Shown: piece after piece, positions 52,862-64,000 of the stretch
How positions within the stretch are numbered: the first letter of the stretch is position 1
Layout: each line of letters opens with the position of its first letter
From: the human T2T-CHM13v2.0 reference genome, Homo sapiens
DNA length: 64,000 nt
Assembly: GCF_009914755.1 (NCBI RefSeq)
Contig: NC_060926.1
Strand: one strand, 5' to 3'
Position numbers and translations under genes: made by a program
The notes under the pieces: model-generated
What the model saw: the letters and a program-made list of their open reading frames with translations, nothing else
Database searches by the model: none
What the model was told of the DNA's origin: nothing

Positions 52862-55800
52862 CCAACTAAGAACAGAATTTTCCTCACACTTGCTTCCGAA
52901 AGAAATGTTGACAGCTTTTAGCAATTGGGAAGATCCCGTGAGGCTGAAAGTGCCATCGCCGGCTGCTGTCTTGTCTGCGACTTTTCTGTGCTGTTCACTT
53001 GCTCTCTTGGTTTGAGAGTTCCCGTAGCAGAAAAGGCAGAGTCAGACACAAAACTCTCATAAAAAGCATTTGCTTAAGTGACAGATTCGAACCACAGCCT
53101 TTCAAGAAGCTCTTTAGTGAACTGTATAAAATTTGCTTGGTAAACATCCTGACTTGAGAAAAGAAAAACTATCAAGCATTGTGAGAAAGAAAATTATCAA
53201 GTACCAGTAACACTAGCCATAGTTTTATTTTCTTCCCAAATTCTTACGTAGACGTGTGTCAAGGTTGCAGAGGATACCAAAAAAGCTTATCAACCCTCAA
53301 CTGTGATGCCCTGTTTCAGTAATTAATAAAGCCATTTAAAAAGTCTTTTAAATTATACTAGGGATAGGAAAAAAACACATTAGAAATGACATTTCAGAAC
53401 TATTGCACAATTTGCCTAAGAAGGCTTCAAAGTTTTCTTCTAATAACAAATAATGTATAATTGTCATTGTCACTTCTATTGGAAAATGGAGGAAAATAGA
53501 ACACTTTTCTCAAGCAGATTTCTTGGCTCACTTATATAAGGTTAGCAAGGCAATACTTTTATTTGAATGTATCTTTAAGAATTAGAAATAGCCATGAATA
53601 TTCTTGATTACTAATAAAATTGTTTTAATGTCAAAAGAATTATATTTACAAATCCTCTATTGTTAATAATGCTGCTATAAACCTATGTGGAATCCAAATC
53701 GTCTCTCTCGGAAGTGCTTTACTGAAAGTAATTATGCCAAATATGGAAAGTATACACAATAATTTGTATAACATTCTCGATATTAAGCCAGATCCTCGCA
53801 GTTCTCAAACAATTCTTCAGTATGTTAATTTGATTTAAATTTTTAAAAAGTTGATTCAGGAAACTGTAGAAAAACAAAATAGTTAAGCCACTTGTTCAGT
53901 CAAAACCAGTAATTATGTGCCTAAAGTATTTTGTCTCCTAATTCATTTGCTTTGACATCACATAGACCTAGTCTTATATATGGTAGCTTATACTAGACCA
54001 TAAAAGGTGTTACGCAGTGAAATACTAAACAAGTCACATTGGACAAATCTGATAAAATCAATATTCTAGGGGCAGGATTTACAAGATGGGGTCTTAGAGT
54101 CTATGATGAAATATTTACAGCAATAAAGAAACAGGTATTGGAGAGAAAACTAAAATTGACAGTCACCTGCATGATCTTCTGGGGCCACCCTGGAAAGTCC
54201 TTGCCATCCTCCTCAGACAAGAGAAAAGTCATCATTAGGCTCCCGAGGGTAATTCAACCTTGCAGATGACTATTCCTCTACTTGGAAATAGTTTGACTAT
54301 ACGTAAGTGAAAAAGACTCTTAAGAATTTTATTTTAAAATTTTATTTTAAAAATCTCAGGACATTTAAACGTATGCCTGTTGATTTTTTTTTTCTTTTCG
54401 TTGATTTTTCATGGAGTTGATGGAGATAAAAAGATCAGCCTGGCAGCTTGCTGGCATGGAACTGGAGTGTTTAGGGTTTGTTTTGCCTTTTTGCAAGATT
54501 GGTCCACAAGAACTTTAAAAGGAGAAAAAGACGATGCAAATTAAATACGTTAGAAACGTATGTCCCATCTGTTTTTATTTCATTTTTAGAATAAGGTTTT
54601 CATACCTTCTTTTATTTTTATATTCTATGATACCACACTATAATGTTGGCCACCTCGGAGACTAACTAAATTAGCTATCCTGACCATATGGAAAGGAAAA
54701 GCTTTACCAGCTAAAGAAATAAATTTAACTCAGGCAAAAAGGCCTATGTGTTTTAGAGTTAAAAAAAAAAAAAATGTTGCTAAGTACATAGTAGGGGAAT
54801 GTAACCCACCTGCATAAGTAAAATTTGAAAAGAGATTTGGATATTCAAAATAGCTGTCTCTTTTCTTGGCGTCATTCAGGAATCACCCATATTTGAAGTG
54901 TCCTTCTGTTGTGCTATCATCTGGATGTATTTGTAAGTAAACTCACAATCAGAGACATGAAGGCTCCTTGAAAGGCCATCTATTTCTGCCTCTGCCTCTG
55001 AGAAAAATTAATCCTAACCTGTCCGGGGATACCTTACCTTACCCCATTATGGGGGTTGGGGGGAGGAAAAAAGCTTCAGTGCATTCAGAGAAAAAAACTT
55101 TTCCCCTAATATCTTTACTTTGGAACACTGAATAAGACATTCCTTTATAGAAAGATACTTTGTTTCATTCTACAAAAGCCCATACTGTCAAGCACTTGAT
55201 AGAAGCCCTAGGCTACCATTTTATTTTACCTAGAGAGAAGCTTCTCATAAATTCACCATGTAAAATTGATGACTGCTTCAGTAATCTACCAATCTTAGGT
55301 TTTTATATAAACCACAGTGAGGGAATAGAGCTTGCAGAAGTCAAGCATATGTTTTGTAGCCACGCAAAGAGTAAAGGAGTGTCTGCCTGATCTAGGACCA
55401 CTTTTGAGTTGACACATGCAGTTATTTACAATGATTGAGAACGTTGTAGTTCATGTACAACTCATGAAGACAAGATAAATAGATGGGTAGAGAAGCTTAA
55501 ACTAAAAAAAGGTCAACCGAAGTGTTTTCTGTCACTTGACTGTAACTCTCAGCACAGGACCACTCAACTTTTAGAGTGCTGAAGTTAAAATTCTCTTTAT
55601 TTCAACAGAATAATAGCTAAACTTATAAGTGAAGGCATATGTTTTGAGAATTTTTCTGTATACATTGGAAAGCCTTTTTTTCTGGACACTCTTACCAGCA
55701 GGCATTTCACCAAAGTTCATACCAACTACTAAAATTACCTGAATGTATTCAAGATGTGTCTCCATATATTTTTTCTGTACTAAGGAAGGTGGAATTATAG

Positions 55801-57042
55801 TAGTAATTCCTTTTCCCAAATCATGGGACACTCAGTGTAACCATTATCTAGCCTGTAATATAACTTTCCAACTCTCAGATATCAAGCTAGTAGGATGGCT
55901 TTGAAGTACCATATTGTTCTCCGAAACTAAAGCCGTTTGTTTGTATTAGATGAAACAAACTAATCAAGCAAAAGTATTTTTTCTTTAGAAAATGTAGATG
56001 TCTTAGATAAACATTGATCTAGATTTTTTAGGTTCTTTGATTCATATCTGTATTAATATTAAGATAACCAGAAGAGACAGAACTATAAGACCAGTTAAAA
56101 GGCCATCTCAGACTCTAGCAGTTGTGTTTGATAGTGGAACACAGTGTTGATGCTCTGAACTACATAAATAAATACTTCCTCTCTGTCGTTTCTTAGGACA
56201 TCTTAACTTTCATATTCAACTCTAATCATTGTCATAGTCCAGTTTATGGCCAAGCATAAAGAATGAATAGTTTCCTTAAAACCTACATGATGTAATTCAC
56301 ATTATCAATAGAGGGAGGAAACGCAGATGAATTCCACTTGAGGTATATTACAGCCTGATACCACTCAGCCACCAACACAGAGCTGATATATCATTTGTGT
56401 ATTCTCAGGTTGGATGTTATAAACTAGACAAAAATGGCCATGGGTTTTTCCAAGGAAAAAAATGTTAAAAATCTAAATAGATATGGCCAAATATGCAATT
56501 TTCCACTATGAGTTAGTAAAATGAGCCATATATCAAAAAATAGAATTTTCTTTAATTTAGAGCTTGTTTTGTAGTTAAGGAATACAATTTTTGCAAATGC
56601 CAGTGGGGGGAAAAAACGAGAAAGCACAACTTGTCTTGGATTAAAAGGAGAAAAATCAATGCCTACTGAAGACTCATGCTTGAGAAAGTAACATGTAAAT
56701 AAATACTAGGCTCTTCAGGTAAAGCAAAATTCAAAAATATTAGTGAGAAATAGACTGAAGTTAGAATACCTTTTTTCACTCACATAATAAAGGGCCAACA
56801 GCACACACATGTACACATACAATGCTAGAGTGTCTACTTCTGTGCATATTTATCTTCAAAATGGCCAGCTTATAATATTGTATAAAGGTTACCTGTTTCA
56901 CAGTACAAATATACACAACAGAGTACAAGCATGCACAACAACCTCACTACTTTGCCATGTAATATTTTACCACAAATAGTTATAAAACATTAATTCCTTT
57001 TTGGTTTCTTTTGTTGTTGTTGTTGGTTGTTTATTTTTTTTT

Positions 57043-57360
57043 TGGTGGGAACATGGATGGAGCTGGGGGCCATTATCCTTAGCAAACTAATGCAGGAACA
57101 GAAAACCAAATACTGCATGTTCTCACTTTTAAGTGGGAGCTAAGTGATAAGAACTCATGGATACAAAGAGAAACAACAGACACTGAGGCCTACTTGAGGG
57201 TGGAGGCTGGGAGGAGGGAAAGGAGAAAAAATAACTATTGGGTACTAGGCTTAGTACCTGGATGATGAAATAATCTGTACAACAAACTGCCGTGACACAA
57301 GTTTACTTGTGTAACAAACTTGCACATGCACCCCTGAACCTAAACTAAAAGTTAAAAAAA
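57043..57360 (+). mobile_element. 5'-truncated L1 3' end (L1PA15/16-like)
   Basis: ggaacatggatggagctgg...gttctcactt..aagtgggagcta...gggtactaggcttagtacctgg...cccctgaacctaaa. TSD cattaattcct at 56988-56998 and 57362-57372. Confidence 0.93.
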
Positions 57361-57649
57361 TCATTAATTCCTAGGGAAAAAAGATGAAAAAGAGTTCAGA
57401 TAGTGATTGCACATTTTGTAATGGTGGAAGTTCCTTTTGTAAAGGAATTTAGGAACATTGATGAATGTTGAATGAAAGTAATTTTTATCTGATGTCCTGA
57501 TACCACTGATAATAAGTGACAATGATTTTGAAAATTAAACAGAATGTAAGAGTCCCAACTCAGGAATCTCCTTCACATTTGTCATTATATCTTATCTTTG
57601 ATGAGTGAACTCTTTAAAAAAATAAAGATTAGCTGCCAATAATACTGAT

Positions 57650-57855
57650 AATATAAATACCAATTATTGAGCACCCATTGTGAGCCAGGCCCTGTTGTAT
57701 ACTCTTTTCAATTATTAGTCAACAGATTCACAAAATGAATTGGCATTGTATTGACATTTTACAGATGAAGAAACAGATACACAGAGCAGGTAGAGAACTT
57801 GCCTATGCACATGTAGCTAGTCCACTGTTAATTACCAGGTATGAACCAGGCCATA
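57650..57855 (-). mobile_element. MIR SINE
   Basis: ttattgagcacccattgtgagccaggc...cattttacagatgaagaaacagatacacagag..aacttgcc matches antisense MIR. Confidence 0.8.
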
Positions 57856-58010
57856 GAGATGAAAATGAATAGAATGTATTATTGAATCTTCCCAAAATAG
57901 AAAAAAAAAAACACAGCTACTGATCTTTATTACAAAAAGTGGGAAAAAACAGAGTTCTTAACTGCTACTCCAGAACCCTTGTCAGTACCCTTATCTGAAG
58001 GTGAAAGAAT

Positions 58011-58145
58011 ACACATACACACACACGCATGCAAGCACACACACACGCATGGACGCACATACACATACACGCATGCGTGCACATACACATACACGCATGC
58101 CTGCACACACACACACACACACGCATGCATGCACATACACACACA
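58011..58145. repeat. Interrupted (CA)n-type alternating purine-pyrimidine repeat with recurring cacgcatg units
   Basis: Read directly; five cacgcatg units separated by CA/CATA runs. Confidence 0.95.
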
Positions 58146-58155
58146 AGCAAATGAT

Positions 58156-58928
58156 ATTTAGAAGATCTCTTAAACAGGCCCACTGAAATGCCTCAAAGAC
58201 TACCTAATGCTTTCCCTTTTCTTTCTAAAATGTTATTAACTCATATCAACACTACTAAATACTGCTAATATTCCACTTTTTGGTATGCCTATGTTACTGT
58301 GCACCTGACAGTTAAGTGAGGTACTTAAAAAGAAAACTATTTGTTTCCAAAATTATTCACGTTATTTGTAATTAATATACAAATACATCATTTAATTAAA
58401 TATTACATGAACTTATGAAATAACAGTGTTCAAAGAAGCTGTCATTTGTATGAAAACCAAAGGTGAATGCTTTGCAAGACTTGATAAATAAGTTGCTAAA
58501 AGAATTTTTCCCAAATTAGATATGAGCAAGACAACTGTGAAAAGCTGCAAAAGAAATCTTAAAAATCCAGAAGGATTCTGTACTTGGTTTACTTTGTATG
58601 TATCACTGAATTTGCACTCTAACGAAATCAAAAGTAGAAATTATGTGATACACTACAGATGGGTTTATGGGAGAGAGACAGCACAAACCCCCAAACTTGG
58701 GCCTTCAGACAAAGAAAGGCTTTGGCCCTACATAAGAGTGTTGCCAACTAAATATGTATTTGCTCTAAACTTAATAGGCTTAGGGAGGCATCGTGTATGT
58801 ATAAACTATACATACATACATACATATGTGTTTATACATACACAATGCCTATAATGATTCTTCACTTAATTTTTCAAATTTCTCATCAAGTATTGGTCTT
58901 AATTGTTCCTTTTAAGAGTGCTTCTGTA
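58156..58928 (+). mobile_element. Tigger13a-like TcMar-Tigger DNA transposon with a decayed transposase N-terminus
   Basis: Imperfect TIRs agaagatctcttaa (58160-58173) and ttaagagtgcttct (58912-58925), about 770 bp apart. The interior encodes a frameshifted CENP-B/pogo-type HTH relic (SKTTVK..K.NLKNPEGFCT in ORF 58522-58854). Confidence 0.75.
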
Positions 58929-59300
58929 AGTATTACATCTAACTTATATATTCCATTAATTTGTAATTTAATTGCGTGTCCAATGTACAGCAGTAACAAT
59001 CAGAATCTTCACAAAGGCCAGTGCCATTTTGTAAAATCTTTTTAAAGGATTAATTCAGTTATGTTATAATTAAGTATAAACATCGATATGAATACTTTCA
59101 AGTCTCCAGTTCATATTACTATATGTCAAGTGGAGAATTAATTTTTTTTTAATTTGGTAAACTAGTAGTTTAGATAGCTTCAGTGTAGGTAGTCCCTAAA
59201 AATATCTGGGTAGACTGTGAAATTGTCTCATATGCCTTGATAATTTCAGTTTTTAAAAGGAGTAGCTTAATATTTCTATTTTCTGTTTCTTTTACTCAGA

Positions 59301-59301
<1 letters not shown>

Positions 59302-59331
<30 letters not shown>

Positions 59332-59347
59332 TTTTATTATTATTATT
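59302..59347. repeat. (ATT)n microsatellite, interrupted
   Basis: Read directly. Confidence 0.92.
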
Positions 59348-60926
59348 TTACAAATTGTATTTAGTATGTGTTTTTGAAACACAAAACTGGCATGCTGGTG
59401 TATCTGGTGAATTTACTATTAAGCCCAGGTCTGCACCAGATGGGCAGGTGAAAATGTGATTATGAGGTGTGTGGCATTATATCCATCTCTGTAATACTTG
59501 ACTCTCCAGGTGACTTGTACGTCTGTTACATTCATGAATTCACTTTACGGTTATTCTTACAGATACTGAAAGAAGCAACCTTACACCACGCAAGGTCTAT
59601 GGAAAACAAAAACTTCCCTCCTTTAACACAATCACAATAAATGTTTCATAACAACCAGATAAATAGAAACATGTCAGCATTTTCCCCGGCAGGTTCAGAA
59701 GTTTGATGCTGAAATACTGGTTTGCACATCTAGACCAAGACTAAAGTGAGTTTGCTATTTCAAAGGAAAATGCAAATTGAGGCTTAGGCTGCACCTTTCT
59801 GTATCACTGTTTTGGTAAGTCCACATGGGGCAGACAAAGCCAAACACCAGCTAGGTGGTAGAATTCCCCAAATATTCATCTGTGCTGAAACCTTCAAAAG
59901 TCAGGTGCCTGGAGAGCTCATTTAATGAAAGGGTTATCTCTGCCAACCAGTCAGTAGTTGATATTTTTTTCACCAGAAGTTGTGAAATATTATTTATGTA
60001 TGTAGAAGACAGGGGCTTCCTGCCGTTGTTGTTTACTTGTGTGTTTGGGCAAGTTTCCTCCTTTCCAGAAAGCAAGTTTTCCATAAAAGCAACTTTGCAA
60101 TGGCCCTACTCCTTTTGTTTGATACCCCAGGCAAAAAGCTTTTCATGGTATTGAAATAATTTTCATTTAAAAACAGGGAGCTCAGATGAACCAGTCCTTT
60201 ATTAAAAAAAAAAAAAAAAGCAGTAAGGTATCCTTGGTTAACTTTTTAGTTATTTAAAAGTAGCTTGTTGAAGATTGAATATTTCTATGTTTCACTAGAG
60301 CCTTTAAATATAAAAGAGATATGAGACTATATCTGACACCATCAGGCATATTATATTAAAATTTATGAACAACTTCATCAAAAACCACTTTCCCTCTCCT
60401 GCATAGAGACAGATTTGCTCTGACATAAACGTTACATGGCTGGTTGCAGCCTCAGATTAATGCGAAGACCCTGGCGATTCCTTTTAGACGTTATTTTATG
60501 AAATAATACCTGTCAGCTGCTGCCTGATCCTAGAAAAGGGGGCAGGTTTTCCAGGTCATCTTACCATCTGTCAGCTAAAGCTCATCTGTCCCTCCACATT
60601 ACCACCTGATCTGTGCTAACAGGCCTCACGGGGAGGCCTGCTTCATTGGCCCAGTGGGAACCAGGGAAAGAGACTGTGAGAGGACATCACCTGTGATGCT
60701 GAGATTTAATTATCGCTGAAGTGATGAAGATGTGCACACAGATTGAAATGCTTTTGAATAAATTCATGGAGCAGGAGATGCTCTGCCCCACTCTCCGCTT
60801 CCCCCTCCCTTCCTTTTCTCCCTCTTTAGCCCCAACTCCCAGCCAAGTGTGCTTCCTAGTTCCAACACAAAGCTTGCAGATCCCCCCACCGTGGATATTT
60901 CCAAGTACACCCTTGGAAAACACATG

Positions 60927-60953
<27 letters not shown>
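60927..60953. repeat. (CA)n microsatellite
   Basis: Read directly. Confidence 0.95.
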
Positions 60954-60957
<4 letters not shown>

Positions 60958-63638
60958 AAAGAGAGAAATACACTTGCTAAGGTACCAACCCAAAGGGAGG
61001 GAACAATCCTTGTACTCCGGGGAAAATTTGCCTCCGCTTTTTACAGCAACCCTGATTATTTTCTGCCAAAGTTCCTTGTTATCAAATTTTAAAGCCGTAT
61101 TGATTGTTGCTGGCTTGAAAATCAGATTTCATTGTGGGACCAGCTTTTTACCTAGGGTTTTACTCAGTTTGTGGTAACACCAGCACAGAGTTACCTGGGG
61201 TCTCCTGTGGAGAGTTAATGTGAAAGTTCACAGTGGAGGTGGAAGCGCGGTAGAATATAAAAGGTAAAGAAGGGCATAGAAAGTCCCTGGAAACCCCTGT
61301 GACTGTGGGCTCCCTCACGTTCTCTGAATCAATACCCTGCACAAAAGTTATTACAGGTCCAGGCCTTTTTGCTTTCAAAGCTGCTTAGGCAGTATGTGGC
61401 ATTAATTCCCTCCTGTACAAAAATGTAGTTGATAATCACCTGGCTGAGGAAAGGATTTAAGGCTAGAACAGCAGATTTCCTCACAGATTACAGAATAAAA
61501 CCTAGTTTCTTGGGATAAATCAGGATAATTAACTGTAGTGAAGTATGTTACCCTTGTTGATTCATGTCCATGTGATACCTTTGTTAGATGCAACCACAGA
61601 GAAACATTTATGCCATTATGTGAGGCGAGATCTGATTTCTACCAAAGCATGCTATGCAGCACAATACAAGTTTTTATTTTCTTGGTTTTGGGGAGCCTGC
61701 CTTCAGTCTGGAGGCCAGTTATTAAGCAAGCACTTAACTCAATTGATTCCTAATTATAAAGTTACAAGAGAAAATGATACACTACCACCAGTCCCCTTTC
61801 CTGCCACCTTTTGAGCAAAGTTGCATGGCCCTGAACTGCTCTTGACTCTGTGGCTGTCAGAAGTTACAGAATTTCCTTCCCACCATCACTTGCAGAGCAG
61901 GATACCCCTTTCCCTGAGAAGGAAGACTTGGAACAGCCGAAGAAGACCCAAGGGTTTTTTCTAGCACAGTGGTAAACTGAAATTGTATATTTCCTTTTTC
62001 TTTTTAAGGGAAATCATGAGCAAACATTGCCTTAATTCACATTTCAAAAATGATTACTACAGATTTCAAGACATTTATCATGTTGTCATTGGAACCTGGG
62101 AAAGGTTATTCTTGTGGTACTTCAGGTCACAAAAAAGAACGTATTATTAGAAACTAACACATAGGCTATCCAAGAGATTCCTGAGGGGAAATTAGAGGTC
62201 CACTGGCTTTGACAAAAAAAACAAAAAAAGGTGACAGGAATGAATTAGGTAACAGGGACCCACAGAAACTTATCATGCTCTGAATGGTCAGTTTCCAAAG
62301 TAACTCCAATCTATTACATGATACAGTTCTTGTGAGAACACACCGGAAATATACTTACAGTCCCTGTTATACTTTTCCAAATACTTACTACTTTTATTCT
62401 CTGCGATGGCATGGATTTTTATGAAGCTGCCATTTTCCAATAATTTTAGAGAAATGTTAAATGTAAATAAGTATATAATAGAAAATATTTTAAAAAGAAA
62501 TATTATCCTGCCAAGTCTTTTGTCATTTGATCCACATCATCAACTTTCAGAAATATATTATTTGTAAAAATATGTATTGAAATTATATCTTCTGAAAGAC
62601 TTATATGTCATCTATTTTTTCAACAGATGTAGATTTAAAATCCTATACATACAATTGAGTGTTAAATCCTACCTATATGATGTGGCATGTTCAAGTAATG
62701 AGTGTATCTCCACAATATATCCCCTTAGCTCACAGCAACACTTACATATATACTCTACTCATAGAAGACAAATGAGATTTATTTTGGATAGCTTTGGATG
62801 AGTGTGGCTGTTTCAGCAGCTTGAAGTAATGCTATGAAATCAGCAAGTGAAGTAGAGATGGATGAGGTATTGAAGAAACATAAACAGAAAATTAATGAAT
62901 CTGCTGAGAGTTTTTTGTTTTGGGTTTTTGGGAGTATAGAAAAAATTCTGTACAGTACATATGTCTCTAATGATATAATCTTGACCTTTGGGTGACTGGT
63001 CTAGTTTTCAACAAAAGTCATTATCTTTGGAGAATTGTTCAGTAATTAGAAACTTTTTTTCAAACTAACTCATTGTAGATGTGCATCTCAAGACAGAAAT
63101 CTCCATAGATAAAAAAAACCTCATAGTCAATCTTAAAAATACAGAGTATATGTTAAGTGTGTGTAAAGGAGAAGAAGAGGGAGAGGAGAAGGATGATTTT
63201 CAGATACATCTTAGCTTTTTCCCCTCTTTTATAAAATACATTGTTTACAAAGAGATGATTTAAAGCCTTTTATTCTAAAGGTTTCTGTCCCTGTTTTCAG
63301 TTTTGGATTGCTGAAATTGAAGAAAAATAAAGTTAAACCTAGACAGCTCAAAGATCTACCCAGCCAAAGCTAGCTTCCTCTCTCTTTTGCCTAGATTATA
63401 AGATTTAGATTATTATAAATTTTATAATCCAGGGACTATCATTGTTAATATTGCATTTTATGCATTAAGTGCTAGGTCTTATATCACCAATAATAATTTG
63501 TCCACTAGATAGACATCATTATTAATATTATTAAGAAGAATGCTAGTTATCCATAATTTATCTTTTAGAAAATCTCTCTAGATAATTTACAAGAAATCTT
63601 ATGTTATTACTTAATTGTTACTTAAGAAATCTAAAGTG

Positions 63639-63940
63639 AGCTGGGCACGGTGGCTCATGCCTGTAATCCCACCACTTTGGGAGGCGAAGGTGGGTGGATC
63701 ATGAAGTCAGGAGATCAAGACGATCCTGACCAACATGGTGAAACCCCATCTCTACTAAAAACACAAAATTAGCCAGGCCTGGTGCTGCGCACCTGTATCC
63801 CAGCTACTTGGGAGGCTGAGGCAGGAGAATGGCTTGAAGCTTGGAGGCAGAGTTTGCAGTGAGCCGATTGTGCCACTGCACTCCAACCTGGGTGACAGAG
63901 CGAGACTCTGTCTAAAAAAAAAAAAAAAAAAAAAAAAAAA
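63639..63940 (+). mobile_element. Full-length AluS (Sc-like)
   Basis: Dimeric, with ggatcatgaagtcaggagatcaagac..tcctgaccaacatgg, a poly(A) tail and a short flanking repeat aaagtga. Confidence 0.94.
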
Positions 63941-64000
63941 GTGAAATTTGGAGGAAGGACATTAAGGTGTCTTTCACAGGACTGTCTTCCCCGTTGGGAC

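Noticed and set aside
58522-58854. Domesticated transposase or CENP-B-like gene
   Set aside because: Similarity covers only a short frameshifted N-terminal piece, with no DDE domain, inside a TIR-bounded fossil.

Overview
This is AT-rich (mid-30s % GC by eye, not computed) non-coding primate DNA, most likely human. It is either the interior of a very large intron or a gene desert. I find no supportable protein-coding gene, RNA gene or CRISPR array. The ORF track is explained by chance, Alu, L1, LTR and microsatellite sequence, apart from one decayed Tigger transposase relic at about 58.4-58.8 kb. The window contains 12 Alu-family elements or fragments (AluY, AluS, AluJ and a free right monomer), four short L1 3' ends, an MLT1C-like solo LTR, a Tigger13a-like DNA transposon with terminal inverted repeats, a MER94, many old MIR/L2 fragments, microsatellites and a nested tandem duplication. 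Several repeat-free blocks (about 3.2-3.6, 10.7-11.1, 17.3-18.6, 24.8-27.3 and 59.4-60.7 kb) carry clustered E-box, TALE-homeodomain, SOX and HOX motifs. They resemble the conserved enhancers found around developmental regulators, but that is inference and I cannot name the locus. The best leads are the 17.3-18.6 kb motif-dense block, a frame-preserving 102-nt candidate exon on the minus strand, and two retrotransposon insertions with non-canonical structure. I see no evidence for a new multi-gene biological system. Subfamily names come from recalled consensus sequences, and boundaries of old repeats are approximate.
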